From Eutreptiella sp. 'Long Island Sound 2002' (taxonomy: Eukaryota; Protista; Euglenida), in the NCBI GenBank assembly GCA_964036045.1, contig OZ038378.1, positions 155,186,001 through 155,250,000 of the forward strand: a stretch of DNA of 64,000 nt, given 5' to 3'. The first letter of the stretch is position 1. Each line of letters begins with the position of its first letter. The notes under the pieces are model-generated. The model was given only the letters and a program-made list of their open reading frames with translations, was not told the DNA's origin and did not search any database. This document shows positions 1 to 12,342 of this stretch, in pieces. The translations under genes and the position numbers were made by a program.

Positions 1-446
1 TTCTGGCAAACATTACGGAATATTCCGGAACCATGTACACACAATTCAGGCTGTTGTGACAGGTCAGGGAAGGTTGTTCCAATCAGAATCGCAGAAATAG
101 CATCATCCCGGTCAAGGGCTCAAATTACAGGTTTTTATTTTCAAAACCCACCCTGCTCTCTTGGACCCCTTGGGTGGCTCGGCGTCCTCTCCTCCCCCCC
201 AGTAGGGTAGGGCAAGAAGGTGAAACCTGCCTGCCCAGGCACCCAGCCATCGGATAGCACCTGTTTAATGAGAAAGGATGGTTTGCCAAAAACGAAAAAA
301 TAAAATTGCAAAGCGGTGCTATCAACGGCCCCCTGTGTTTCACTGACTTTTGTTTGTTTCCTTGTTAGGGGCTGGTTGCTTCGGGGAAGGGGTCAAGAGC
401 AAGGGTGAGGGGTTTAAGGGGTATGTGCGGCTGTGACTGACTCAAA

Positions 447-470
447 AGGTCCCCCCTGATGGGGGGACCT
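447..470. repeat. Perfect palindrome AGGTCCCCCC-tgat-GGGGGGACCT
   Basis: 10-bp arms with a 4-nt loop, read directly. Confidence 0.85.
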
Positions 471-565
471 GTAGCATACTGTCCTTGGGGGGGGGGGGGC
501 ATGCACATGCGAACATGCAAACATGAAGACATGAAAAAGACCAAAAAAGCGAAGGTAAAAATGTT

Positions 566-639
566 ACAGATAACTGGGTTTGAACCCAGGACCTTTGAAG
601 TTGGAACCTAGTACCACTACAAACTATGCTACATCAGGA
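566..639 (-). pseudogene. Degenerate tRNA-like sequence (tRNA pseudogene or tRNA-derived SINE head; CCA at the anticodon position)
   Basis: Reverse complement reads ...GATG TAGCATAGTTTG...TTCCAAC...GGTCCTGGGTTCAAACCCAG TTATC: A-box-like and B-box/T-arm motifs at tRNA spacing. Anticodon stem and part of the acceptor stem do not pair. Confidence 0.4.
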
Positions 640-663
640 TCTGCAGCCCCCGACCGTGATCGG

Positions 664-745
664 TATTACGGAATATTCCGGGTATTACGGATATTCCGGA
701 ATCTAAATATTCCGGAACATTCCGAATGTTACGGGACCGGAATAT
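664..745. repeat. Cluster of palindromic GGAATATTCC-type short repeats (a further copy at 12-30)
   Basis: TATTACGGAATATTCCGG at 664 followed by 4-5 degenerate variants; ATTACGGAATATTCCGG also at 12-28. Confidence 0.75.
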
Positions 746-1253
746 GGGCCTGGTCCTGTTTGTCCACCCCACAGATAACCTCCCTTGGGTGTGCTGGCCC
801 CTTCACCGTGTGCTCTTCTTGCTCCACTACCCGGTGGGCTAAACCAGACACAAAGGCGCACGGGCCCACTAAGTGCGGTGTCTCTGGGGTGTTAGTGCAA
901 GGAATACAGATACGGTGGTGCGACCACGAGGCACGGTTATACAAGTCCGGAGCTTTGGTAGGAGTGGTGTTGCCGATGTGCTATGCAAGTTTGGAGACAT
1001 AGAAGCACCGGGTGCATGTCGGACGGGGCGCAAGGGAGGGGTTGGTGCCGGGCATGAAAACAAGAAAGTGAGTCCAAGGGCTATGGCACGGCGGCCATCA
1101 GCGGTAATGCGCACACAGGCGGTTGCAAGGCCTAATGGAAAGAAAAGGCAAAGAGAATCGCATAATCGTGCACCCCAAGATAGGGGTATCGAGGAGAGAA
1201 AAGCGTCCAAACTACTTGCGGCCTACCAGCTTCTAGGAGACGGTACCTGTCGC

Positions 1254-4200
1254 GCGGCGCGCGGCACGCCCGCGCGCAAAAGCCAGATCCGCCCGTCTCG
1301 ACGCGGCAAGCAGCGCGCGCGGGCAATACCCCGTTCGCCCATAACAAGCATCTTGCGCAGCGCGCGGCTCTGCGGTGGTTACCCTACTGTGCCCAGGCAC
1401 AAGCTTGCCCCTGCTAGGCCCACGGCCAAGGGTGCAATTGGAGCTGGTTTGGGGAACAGCAAAGAGAGACAATGCACGGTAGGAGGGGGATACGGAAGGA
1501 TGAACGGACGAAGAAGCTAGTTGGGACGACTACCGGCCAGGTACCCTGAGCAAGAGAGAGGTATCCCCCCCCTCCCCTACCGCAAACGGAGGGGTATGTC
1601 TTTCTCGGGAACCGGCGCATGTCAGCGCATTGGCGCTAACGAACAATACCATATACCTGTGGATAGCGGACGTTAGAGTTGGGAAGCGCGGTGATACAGA
1701 CAAATTGTGTCGTCGTGAATGGAGCTCCTTAGGTGTCACTTTTTACGGTGAACTCTATGAGAGGGAGGACGACCCCATAGACGTCACTTTTGACGGGGAA
1801 CTCTGTGAGGGGGAGGACGACCCCATATACGTCTTTTTTCACGGGGGTTTCCGTGAGAAGCAGGTGTGGAAGGTGCTGCGGAGGGCAAAGAAAGACGGAC
1901 TTGGGTTGGATGATGGCTCCCCGGACTGTGCATTCCGGGTCATTCTGCGCCACTTGTGGAGGCATAGGACAAAACGCCATAAGAAGGAAGCAGCATTGGG
2001 TCCCAATAAAGGGCCAGTGACGCTTCTGCACACAATCCCTATGGTGGATGTGTTATGTAACTACCAGTGCCTATACTCGACAAACAAGCGTCAACCATTT
2101 GCACATGGATTTCCATAGTTTGCAATGACATCCAACAAGTGCTTGCAAGCCTAGAAGAGGCGCGAGAGATCATACGGCACGGCCCCTTTTAGGTGAGCGG
2201 GGGGATACTTTCACTTTGTCCACCCCGCAGATGCCCTCCCTTGGGTGTGCTGGCCCCGTTCACCGTGTGCTCTTCTTGCTCCACTACCCGGTGGGCTAAA
2301 CCAGACACAAAGGCGCATGGGCCCCGTAGGTGGCGTGTCTCTGGGGTGTTAGTGCAAAAAAGGCAGAAAGGGTAGTGCGAGGATGAGGCCCCGTTATACA
2401 GGTCCGGTACTTTGGCAGGAGTGGTGCTATCGGTGTGCTATGCAATTTTGGGGGAACAGAAGCACCAGGTGGGTGGCGGATGGGGCGCAGGGGACGGGTT
2501 GGTGGTAGGCATGAAACCAAGAAAGTGAGTCCAAGGGCTGTGGGGCGGCGGTCATCGGCGGTAATGCGCAAAAAGGCGGTTGCGAGGCCTAATGGACAAG
2601 GAAGGCAAAGAGAGGCGTATAGTCTTGCACCTCAGGTTAGGGGTATGGAGAAGAGAAAAGCGTCCAAACTACGTGCGGACTACCAGCTTCTACGGGCCTC
2701 TAGCTGTGCGGTTGTTGCCCTATTGTAGTTGCAAGAGATGCGTCCACCGTGTTCTGTGTTGACTGCTCTTGTGGCCCTACCCCAGCCATCACCTCTCGCA
2801 GCGGTCCCCAAGCACAAGCTTGCCCCTGCCAGGCCCACGGCCAAGGGTGCCACTGGAGCTGGTTTGGGGAGGAGCAAAGAGACGCAATACACGGTAGGAC
2901 GGGGATACGGAAGGATGCACGGAGGAAGAAGCCAGTTGGTATGACTACCAACCAGATACCCTCAGCGGGACGAAGTTACCCCTGGCCCCACCACCGTAAG
3001 TGGAGGGGTGCGTGTTCTTTGGGAATACCCGGTTCGGCCATAACAAGGATGTCTTGCGGCGCGCGCGCGCGCGCGCAAAAAAGAAATCCGCCCGTCTCAA
3101 CGCGGCAGGCAGCGCGCGCGGGCAATACCCGATTCGCCCAAAACAAGGGCGCGCGGTGCGCGGCACGCCCGCGCGCAAAAACTAGATCCGCCCGTCTCAA
3201 CGCGGCAGGCAGCGCGCGCGGGCAATACCCCGTTCGCCCATAACAAGCATCTTGCGCAGCGCGCGGCTCTGCGGTGGTTACCCTACTGTGCCCAGGCACA
3301 AGCTTGCCCCTGCTAGGCCCACGGCCAAGGGTGCAATTGGAGCTGGTTTGGGGAACAGCAAAGAGAGACAATGCACGGTAGGAGGGGGATACGGAAGGAT
3401 GAACGGACGAAGAAGCTAGTTGGGACGACTACCGGCCAGGTACCCTGAGCAAGAGAGAGGTATCCCCCCCCTCCCCTACCGCAAACGGAGGGGTATGTCT
3501 TTCTCGGGAACCGGCGCATGTCAGCGCATTGGCGCTAACGAACAATACCATATACCTGTGGATAGCGGACGTTAGAGTTGGGAAGCGCGGTGATACAGAC
3601 AAATTGTGTCGTCGTGAATGGAGCTCCTTAGGTGTCACTTTTTACGGTGAACTCTATGAGAGGGAGGACGACCCCATAGACGTCACTTTTGACGGGGAAC
3701 TCTGTGAGGGGGAGGACGACCCCATATACGTCTTTTTTCACGGGGGCTTCCGTGAGAAGCAGGTGTGGAAGGTGCTGCGGAGGGCAAAGAAAGACGGACT
3801 TGGGTTGGATGATGGCTCCCCGGACTGTGCATTCCGGGTCATTCTGCGCCACTTGTGGAGGCATAGGACAAAACGCCATAAGAAGGAAGCAGCATTGGGT
3901 CCCAATAAAGGGCCAGTGACGCTTCTGCACACAATCCCTATGGTGGATGTGTTATGTAACTACCAGTGCCTATACTCGACAAACAAGCGTCAACCATTTG
4001 CACATGGATTTCCATAGTTTGCAATGACATCCAACAAGTGCTTGCAAGCCTAGAAGAGGCGCGAGAGATCATACGGCACGGCCCCTTTTAGGTGAGCGGG
4101 GGGATACTTTCACTTTGTCCACCCCGCAGATGCCCTCCCTTGGGTGTGCTGGCCCCGTTCACCGTGTGCTCTTCTTGCTCCACTACCCGGTGGGCTAAAC

Positions 4201-4923
4201 CAGACATGAAGGCGCATGGGCCCCGTAGGTGGCGTGTCTCTGGGGTGTTAGTGCAAAAAAGGCAGAAAGGGTAGTGCGAGGATGAGGCCCCGTTATACAG
4301 GTCCGGTACTTTGGCAGGAGTGGTGCTATCGGTGTGCTATGCAATTTTGGGGGAACAGAAGCACCAGGTGGGTGGCGGATGGGGCGCAGGGGACGGGTTG
4401 GTGGTAGGCATGAAACCAAGAAAGTGAGTCCAAGGGCTGTGGGGCGGCGGTCATCGGCGGTAATGCGCAAAAAGGCGGTTGCGAGGCCTAATGGACAAGG
4501 AAGGCAAAGAGAGGCGTATAGTCTTGCACCTCAGGTTAGGGGTATGGAGAAGAGAAAAGCGTCCAAACTACGTGCGGACTACCAGCTTCTACGGGCCTCT
4601 AGCTGTGCGGTTGTTGCCCTATTGTAGTTGCAAGAGATGCGTCCACCGTGTTCTGTGTTGACTGCTCTTGTGGCCCTACCCCAGCCATCACCTCTCGCAG
4701 CGGTCCCCAAGCACAAGCTTGCCCCTGCCAGGCCCACGGCCAAGGGTGCCACTGGAGCTGGTTTGGGGAGCAGCAAAGAGACGCAATACACGGTAGGACG
4801 GGGATACGGAAGGATGCACGGAGGAAGAAGCCAGTTGGTATGACTACCAACCAGATACCCTCAGCGGGACGAAGTTACCCCTGGCCCCACCACCGTAAGT
4901 GGAGGGGTGCGTGTTCCTTGGGA
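1254..4923 (+). repeat. Near-identical 1899-bp tandem duplication (1254-3024 vs 3153-4923)
   Basis: ORF pairs offset by exactly 1899 (1630/3529, 2193/4092, 2435/4334, 2729/4628) with only a few substitutions. Confidence 0.95.
3021..3279 (+). repeat. CpG-rich 100-bp tandem unit (~2.5 copies; one more copy at ~1245-1380)
   Basis: GG(C/G)AATACCC.GTTCG.CCA.AACAAG at 3021, 3121, 3221; GCGCGCGC tracts; foreign to the family A consensus. Confidence 0.85.
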
Positions 4924-7880
4924 ACCGGCGCATGTCGGTGCATTGGCAAACAACGAATGGTAACATACACCCGTGGACGGCAGACGGCAGAGTACGGAAG
5001 CACGGTGATGCGCACAAATTGTGCCGTCGTCAATGGAGCTACATCGTATTCAGCGTGGGGGCAGGAGCAAGTGGCCAATGCCGTGCACGCATAGGTGAAA
5101 AGGCCATAAGCAGTAGCATTGGGCGCCAATGAGTGGCCAGTGACGCTTCCGCAAACAATCCCTATGGCGGTTGCTTTAGGTGACTACCAGTGCCTATACT
5201 CGATAGACGAGCATCAAACATTTGCATATGGATTTGCATGTTTTGCAATGACATGCAACAAGTTCTTGCAAGCCTAGAAGAGGCGCGAGGGATCATATTT
5301 TTACGGCACAGCACCTTTTAGGTAAGCGGGGGAGATACTTTCAATTTGTCTACCCCACAGATGCCCTCCCTTGGTTTGCTGGCCCCTTCACCGTGTGCTC
5401 TTCTTGCTCCGCTACCCGGTGGGCTAAACCAGACACAAAGGCGCATGGGCCTAGTAGGTGGGGTGTCTCTGGGGTGTTAGTGCAAAAAATACAGATACGG
5501 TGGTGCGACCACGAGGCACGGTTATACAAGTCCGGAGCTTTGGTAGGAGTGGTGTTGCCGATGTGCTATGCAAGTTTGGAGAAACAGAAGCACCGGGTGG
5601 GTGTCGGACCGGGCGGAGGGGAGGGGTTGGTGCTGGGCATGAAACCAAGAAAGTGAGTCCAAGGGCTCTGGCACGTCGGTCATCGGCGGTAATGCGTACA
5701 CAGGCGGTTGCAAGGCCTAATGGACATAAAAGGCAAAGAGAGTCGTATAATCGGGCACCCCGAGTTGAGGGTATCGAGGAGAGAAAAGCGTCCAAACTAC
5801 TTGCGGACTACCAGCTTCTACGGGCCTCTAGCTGTTCGGTTGTTGCCCTATTATACTTGCAAGAGATGTGTCCACTGGGCTGTGTCTTGACTGCTCCTGT
5901 GCCCCTACCCGTGCCAGCGCCACTCGCAGCGATCCCCAGGCCCAAGCTTGCCCCTGCTAGGCTCACGGCCAAGGGTGCAATTGGAGCTGGTTTGGGGAAC
6001 AGCAAAGAGACACAATGCACGATAGGAGGGGGATACGGAAGGATGAACGAACGAAGAAGCTAGTTGGGACGACTACCGGCCAGATACCCTGAGCAAGAGA
6101 GAGTACCCCCCCCCCCTCGGGAACCGGCGCATGTTAGCGCATTGGCGACTAACGAACAATACCATATACCTGTGGAGAGCGGACGTTAGAGTTGGGAAGC
6201 GCGGTGATACAGACAAATTGTGTCGTCGTGAATGGAGCTCCTTAGGTGTCACTTTTTACGGTGAACTCTATGAGAGTGAGGACGACCCCATAGACGTCAC
6301 TTTTGACGGGGAACTCTGTGAGGGGGAGGACGACCCCATATACGTCTTTTTTCACGGGGGTTTCCGTGAGAAGCAGGTGTGGAAGGTGCTGCGGAGGGCA
6401 AAGAAAGACGGACTTGGGTTGGATGATGGCTCCCCGGACTGTGCATTCCGGGTCATTCTGCGCCACTTGTGGAGGCATAGGACAAAACGCCATAAGAAGG
6501 AAGCAGCATTGGGTCCCAATAAAGGGCCAGTGACGCTTCTGCACACAATCCCTATGGTGGATGTGTTATGTAACTACCAGTGCCTATACTCGACAAACAA
6601 GCGTCAACCATTTGCACATGGATTTCCATGTTTTGCAATGACATCCAACAAGTGCTTGCAAGCCTAGAAGAGGCGCGAGGGATCATATTTTTTACGGCAC
6701 GGCAGCTTTTAGGTGAGCGGGGGGATACTTTGACTTTGTCCACCCCGCAGATGCCCTCCCTTGGGTCTGCTGGCCCCTTCACCGTGTGCTCTTCTTGCTC
6801 CACTACCCGGTGGGCCAAACCAGACACAAAGGCGCAACGGGCCCCATGGGTGGGGTATCTCTAGGGTGTTAGTGCAAAAAAGGCAGAAAGGGTAGTGCGA
6901 GGACGAGGCACCGTTATACAAGTCCGGTACCTTGGCAGGAGTGGTGTTGTCGATGTGCTATGCAATTTTGGGGGAACAGAAGCACCAGGTGGGTGGCGGA
7001 AGGGGCGCAAGGGACGGGTTGGTGCTGGGCATGAAACCAAGAAAGTGAGTCCAAGGGCTGTGGCGCGGCGGTCATCGGAGGTAATCCACACATACCGGGG
7101 TTGCAAGGCCGGAAAGGCAGAGAGAGGCGGATAACTGTGCATCGCGGGTTAGGTGCATCGAGAATAGAAAGGTGTCCCAACTACTTGGCGAAGCACCAGC
7201 TTCTAGGGCACTCTAGCTGTGCAGTTGTTGCCCTGTTGTAATTGCAAGAGATGTGTCTCTTCTGTGTTGACTGCTCTTGTGGCCCTACCCTAGCCATCGC
7301 CTCTCGCAGCGGTCCCCAAGCCCAAGCTTGCCCGTGCTAGGCCCACGGCCAAGGGTGCCATTGGAGCTGGTTTGGGGAGCAGCAAAGAGACGCAATGCAC
7401 GGTAGGACGGGGATACGGAAGGATGCAAGAACGAAGAAGCCAGTTGGTACGACTACCAACCAGATACCCTCATCGGGACAAAGTTACCCCTGACCCCACC
7501 ACCATAAGTGGAGGGGTGCGTGTTTCTCAGGAACCGGCGGTGCATTGGCAACCAACGAATGGTAACATACACCCGTGGACAGCAGACGTGAGAACTGGGA
7601 AGCACGGTGATGCGGACAAATTGTGCCGTCGTCAATGGAGCTACATCGTATTCAGTGTGGGGGCAGGAGCAAGTGGCCAATGCCGTGCACGCATAGGTGA
7701 AAAGGCCATAAGCAGTAGCATTGGGCGCCAATGAGTGGCCAGTGACGCTTCCGCAAACAATGCCTATGGTGGTTGTTTTAGGTGACTACCCGTGCCTATA
7801 CTCGATGGAAGAGCATCAACCATTGGCATATGGATTTGCATGTTTTGCAATGACATGCAACAAGTTCTTGCAAGCCTACA

Positions 7881-10800
7881 AGGATTCATTTGAAGAAAAG
7901 TTGGTTGCCGAGGTTTGGGAGGAGCAGCAGTCTGGTTTAGTGTAGCCTAGACATCTATCCATCGTCGACAGACGAAACGCATGCTTGCTCGCCGCTTGCA
8001 CCAACTGGAGGTGCTGCCTATAGTGGCCACCTAGGCAAATTTGCTGCATTGGGCGTACTAGAAAAATTGTGTACTGCGCAACAAGGTGATGATGTGGCCC
8101 ATGTAAGGCTAAAGGGCGCAGACTTTTGGATGAAAGCATTGAAGGAGCTTTTACGAAAATACTGCCCGAAATTAGTATCACTGGCCACCGCATGTGTAAA
8201 ATCAAATGGCCCTTTCCACTGCAAGGCTTGGTCGCAGCCTGGCCAATGTCACACGTACTAGACCACGCTGCTACCTTTTCCAAAGCTCACCGACTGACTT
8301 TTCTTCAATTCGATCGTTGCATTCTTCCCTCTGTGTACCCTTGAGGATTGATTTATGCCCCATGTCATGGATGTGTGCACACGGTACTGTACATGTGCAA
8401 ACCGGTGGCGTCCCCTGTGATGTACTGCAGGATGTGGCCCAGGAGATCGATAGGGAGCCCCAATGACATCGTGTCTGGATAACTCTGATTAGTGTGTGCA
8501 GGTGTACATGTTAGGCTCACGGTGTCTTTCCTTGAAGATTCCTAACAACAAAGTGTGCGGCAGCGGGCACCACACTGCACTGCACTGTAACGGGAACCCT
8601 CGGATTTCCCACCATTTTCTGCAATCTTGGTGTGCTTCGACCTGCTGAGTTTGCATTTCTCAATAGTTCTGATTGCCTCTCAGCAAATGAGAACACACAT
8701 CGGGACATCTATCCCATGTCGACAGACGAAAAGCCTGCTTGCTCGCCGCTTGCACCTGCCGGACGTTGTGCATGTAGTGGCCGCCTTCGGAGACATATTT
8801 GCTGCACTCAGGTGGTGATGATCTGGACCATGTAAGGCTAAAACTGCGCAGACTTTTGGATGAAGACATGGAAGAAGCCATTGTGAATGTACTACGGGAA
8901 ATTAGTATCACTGGCCACCGCATGTGGGGCATTAAATGGAGTTGCTATGTGCGTATTTGGCCTGACGAGCATCGCACATTTTTTTGGGCGGGACCCATGA
9001 CATGTAGCAAAAATGCATTCTCAAGAGTATACACAACGGAAGAAGACAAAGGTCAAATTGAAGAAAATTCGGTTGGTGAGGTTTGGGAAAGGCACCAGTC
9101 TAGTCTAGTCTAGCCTAGACATCTATCCATTGTCGACGGACGAAACACCGGCCGGTTGTATTTTATAGGGTGTCACAGTTGTAGCGTTGCTGATTGTTGA
9201 ACCCCGACCAACCTACCTACCAGTACGGACCAAACCACTCCTAGGAGAATTGTGTTTTTTTGTCTGCTCGGAATATTATTATTGTTTTCGTGCTTATTGT
9301 GTGATATGGTAGGCGTCCATGCACAACTTAAGTCCCCATATTATGGACCAAGGTTTTGATGACATGGTGATGAGGAACATGGTGACGGAGTGCAGTTGGC
9401 AAAGGAATTTGAAGGTGATTGGTACTACCGTTTACTAGAGGATAAGGAAGAGGGAGCGGCCATACAACCCCCCCGCCAGCCAGGCACACACCATATTTTG
9501 GGGGGATTGGGCAAAACCCTGATGCGAAAGATACCAAGATGCTCGCGGGGATTGCCAGGTACCATTGCTACTGCACGCAGCAAGAGCATCACCTCATGGG
9601 GGGGGGGGGGGTGCCATAAAGGGATGAAGGGGAGTAGGAACAATAATGGACAGTGCCGATCTTGAGGTCATTGGGACACGGAGGCGGCCAGCCTTCGAAA
9701 TCGTGGCATCCGATGAAGACGATGAGGATGAGTTTCGGCTCAGGATGAGGATGAGGATGAGGATGACGATCAGGATGAGGATGAGGAATGGGGATGAGGA
9801 TGAGTGAGAACTCACTGAGTGCTTGAATGCATGGAAAATGCTATGACATCGAAGGACTATACAACAGCAAGGGTATTTTGACATTCCTTTTTTTGTCGTT
9901 GTCCGTATAGGGCCACAAAAAAAGGCAAACATATGAACAAACAAAAGAAAACAACAAGGAAATGTAGTTGGATGGGTCTGAATGCCGTCACCTGCAGTGC
10001 CACGCACGATGGTGATGATCTAGCCCGTGAAAGGCTAAAATTGCGCGGACTCTTGGATGAAGACAATGAAGAACCCATTACGAACGTACTATGGGCGATC
10101 GCGTGTGTGGCATTAAATGAAGTTCATGCATGCATGTTTGGCCTCAGGGGCAGCGCACTGTTTTTGGGGGGGACACATGACATGGGGCAAAAATGAACCC
10201 TCAAGAGCATACACAACGGAAGAATACATGGATTGAATTGACCAAAAGCCGGTTGGCAGTCATGGAGTAGGAACAACAAAAGATGATCCCGATCTTGAGG
10301 TTATCAGGACATGGACTCGGCCGCCAATCGAAATCATTGCCTCCGATATCGATAATGAGGAGGACGATGAGGATGAGGATGAGGATGACGATGACAATGA
10401 CGATAAGTGAGAATTCACCGTGTCACTAAATGGATGCAAAATTCTATGACATCAAAGGACTATATAGCGGGAGGGGCATTTTAACATTCCTTTCTTATAG
10501 TTGTGCCTACATAGCCACACAAGAAATTCAAAGATATTAATACGCAAAATAAAAGAACAATGAAGAAATGGACTTGGATGGGTCTAAATGACGTCATCCG
10601 TAGTGCTGTGCAAGATGGTGATGATATGGCCCATGTAAGGCTAAAATTGCGCACTTTTGAATGAAGACATTGAGGAAGCCATTACGAACGTACTGCGGGA
10701 AATGAGCCTCATTGGCCACCGCATGCGTGGCAGTAAAGGGAGTTGCTGTGTGCGTATGTGGCCTATGAGGCAACCCACTTTTTTTGGGGGGCGTGGGGCA

Positions 10801-11900
10801 TGACATGGGGCAAAATGAATCCTCAAGAGTATACCACTATCCTTAAGAGTGTACGCGGCCGAAGAAAACAAGGATTGATTCGACGAATAGTCGGTTGGTG
10901 AGGTTTGGGAAAGGCAGTAATGTAGGACACTCTGATCTGGACATCTATCCGGCATCGACGGACGAATGACTGGCGGGTGGATGGTTGATCATAGAGCAAC
11001 TTGCCTAACCTATAGGGACCAAACCAATCTGAGGGGATTCCTGTTTTGCTCTGTTCTCCGTTTGCTATAATTGTTGCATCGGATGACGACGACGAGCATG
11101 AGGATGAGGATATCAGTCTGTTTCTTGCTTGCTCGCTCCTGGCAACTACCGGAGGTGCTGCTTGTAGTAGCCGCCTTGAGAGACATGTTTGCTGCACTGG
11201 GGGTACTTGCAAAATTGTGTGCCGCGCAAGATGGTGATGATTTGGCCCATCGAAGGCTAAAATTGCGCACTTTCGGATGAAGACATTGAACAAGCCACTA
11301 CGAACGTAATGCGGGAAATGAGCATCATTAGCCACCACATGTCGGGCAGTAAAGGGAGTTGCTGTGTGCCTATGTGGCGTAACAGGCAACCCACTTTTTT
11401 TCTTGGGGGGGGAGGCATGTTATGGGGCACAATGAATGCTCAAGAGTACACGAAAATCCTTAAGAGTACACGGAGCCGAAGAAAAAAGGATTGATTTGAA
11501 GAAAGGTCGGTGGGTGAGGTTTGGGAAAGGCGTCAATCAAGTCTAGTGTAATCTAGACATGTACCCGTCGTCGACAAACGAATGATTGGCTGGTTGTATT
11601 TTATCGGACACCAGAGTTGTTGCGTTGTTGAATGTTGATCATAGAGCGACATGCCTAACCTATAGGGATCAAACCACTGTGCGGGGATTCGTGTTTTTAT
11701 GCATGCTCGGATTGCTATTATCGTTGCATCCGATGACGACGATGAGGATGAGGATGGGGATCTCAGTCTGCCTCTTGCTTGCTCGCTGCTGGCAACTGCC
11801 GGAAGTGCTCCTCGTAATAGCCGCCTTGAGAGACATATTTGGTGCACTGGGGGTACTTGCAAAATTATGTGCCGCGAAAGATGCCCTTGGTACACACTGG
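7881..11900 (+). repeat. Family B decayed tandem repeat with acidic (GATGAG)n tracts
   Basis: GAGGTTTGGGA landmark at ~7910, 9079, 10899, 11516; recurring frames LAKLCAAQDGDDLAHVRLKLR and IVASDDDDEDED. Confidence 0.8.
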
Positions 11901-11910
11901 AAGACCCAAT

Positions 11911-12192
11911 CTTGTTCTAGCCTAGATGGCGCTAGAAGGATAGAACGGAAAAAAGTAGTGGTTGCTCCGACCCATGGGCATAGGGGGGCGGGGGTATGAA
12001 GGGTGCAAATTGGACCCCTATTACCATACTAGGGGGTCCAAACCTTGTTTTTCAGAAAGACACATTTTTGACCTGAAATTCAACAAGTACAAAAACCAGC
12101 TCTAGCGACGTTCTAGCGCCATTCTAGCGCCGCCCCGCTAGAACGGGGCTACAACGTCGCTAGGACGCGTCGCTAGAACAATTCTAGAACAA
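11911..12192. mobile_element. Short CTAG-rich foldback/MITE-like element ending the family B array
   Basis: TTGTTCTAG (11912) vs CTAGAACAA (~12184); ATGGCGCTAGAA vs TTCTAGCGCCAT; nested hairpins 12102-12112/12153-12163 and 12132-12149; no TSD recognised. Confidence 0.5.
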
Positions 12193-12304
12193 AAACATGC
12201 ACACACATTTGGCAAGTAAAAGACAGCAACGTGGGAAAGGGGGGGGGGGTTCCATAACACATAGACACATAGAAATCATCACATTTGGTACATGTCTAGT
12301 CACA

Positions 12305-12342
12305 TGTGCACACACACACACACACACACATGCACGCACACA
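12305..12342. repeat. (CA)n microsatellite
   Basis: Read directly; similar tracts at ~18790-18830 and 54840-54870. Confidence 0.9.

Larger units (their letters stand above)
757..7880 (+). repeat. Family A macrosatellite, left array (~1.1-1.4 kb unit; long and short subtypes)
   Basis: Landmark CAGATGCCCTCCCTTGGG-like motif at ~772, 2228, 4127, 5358, 6747; homologous ORF translations recur (HETKKVSPRA..., KLAPARPTAKGA..., DKLCRR...). Confidence 0.9.

Noticed and set aside
757-7880. Family A ORFs (200-270 aa) as functional genes or rDNA/SL-RNA/snRNA tandem units
   Set aside because: Frames break at different places in each copy and are open on both strands; no recognisable rRNA, 5S or spliced-leader sequence
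9712-9810. Acidic or RM-repeat ORFs from (GATGAG)n
   Set aside because: Microsatellite expansion within family B, not an independent gene
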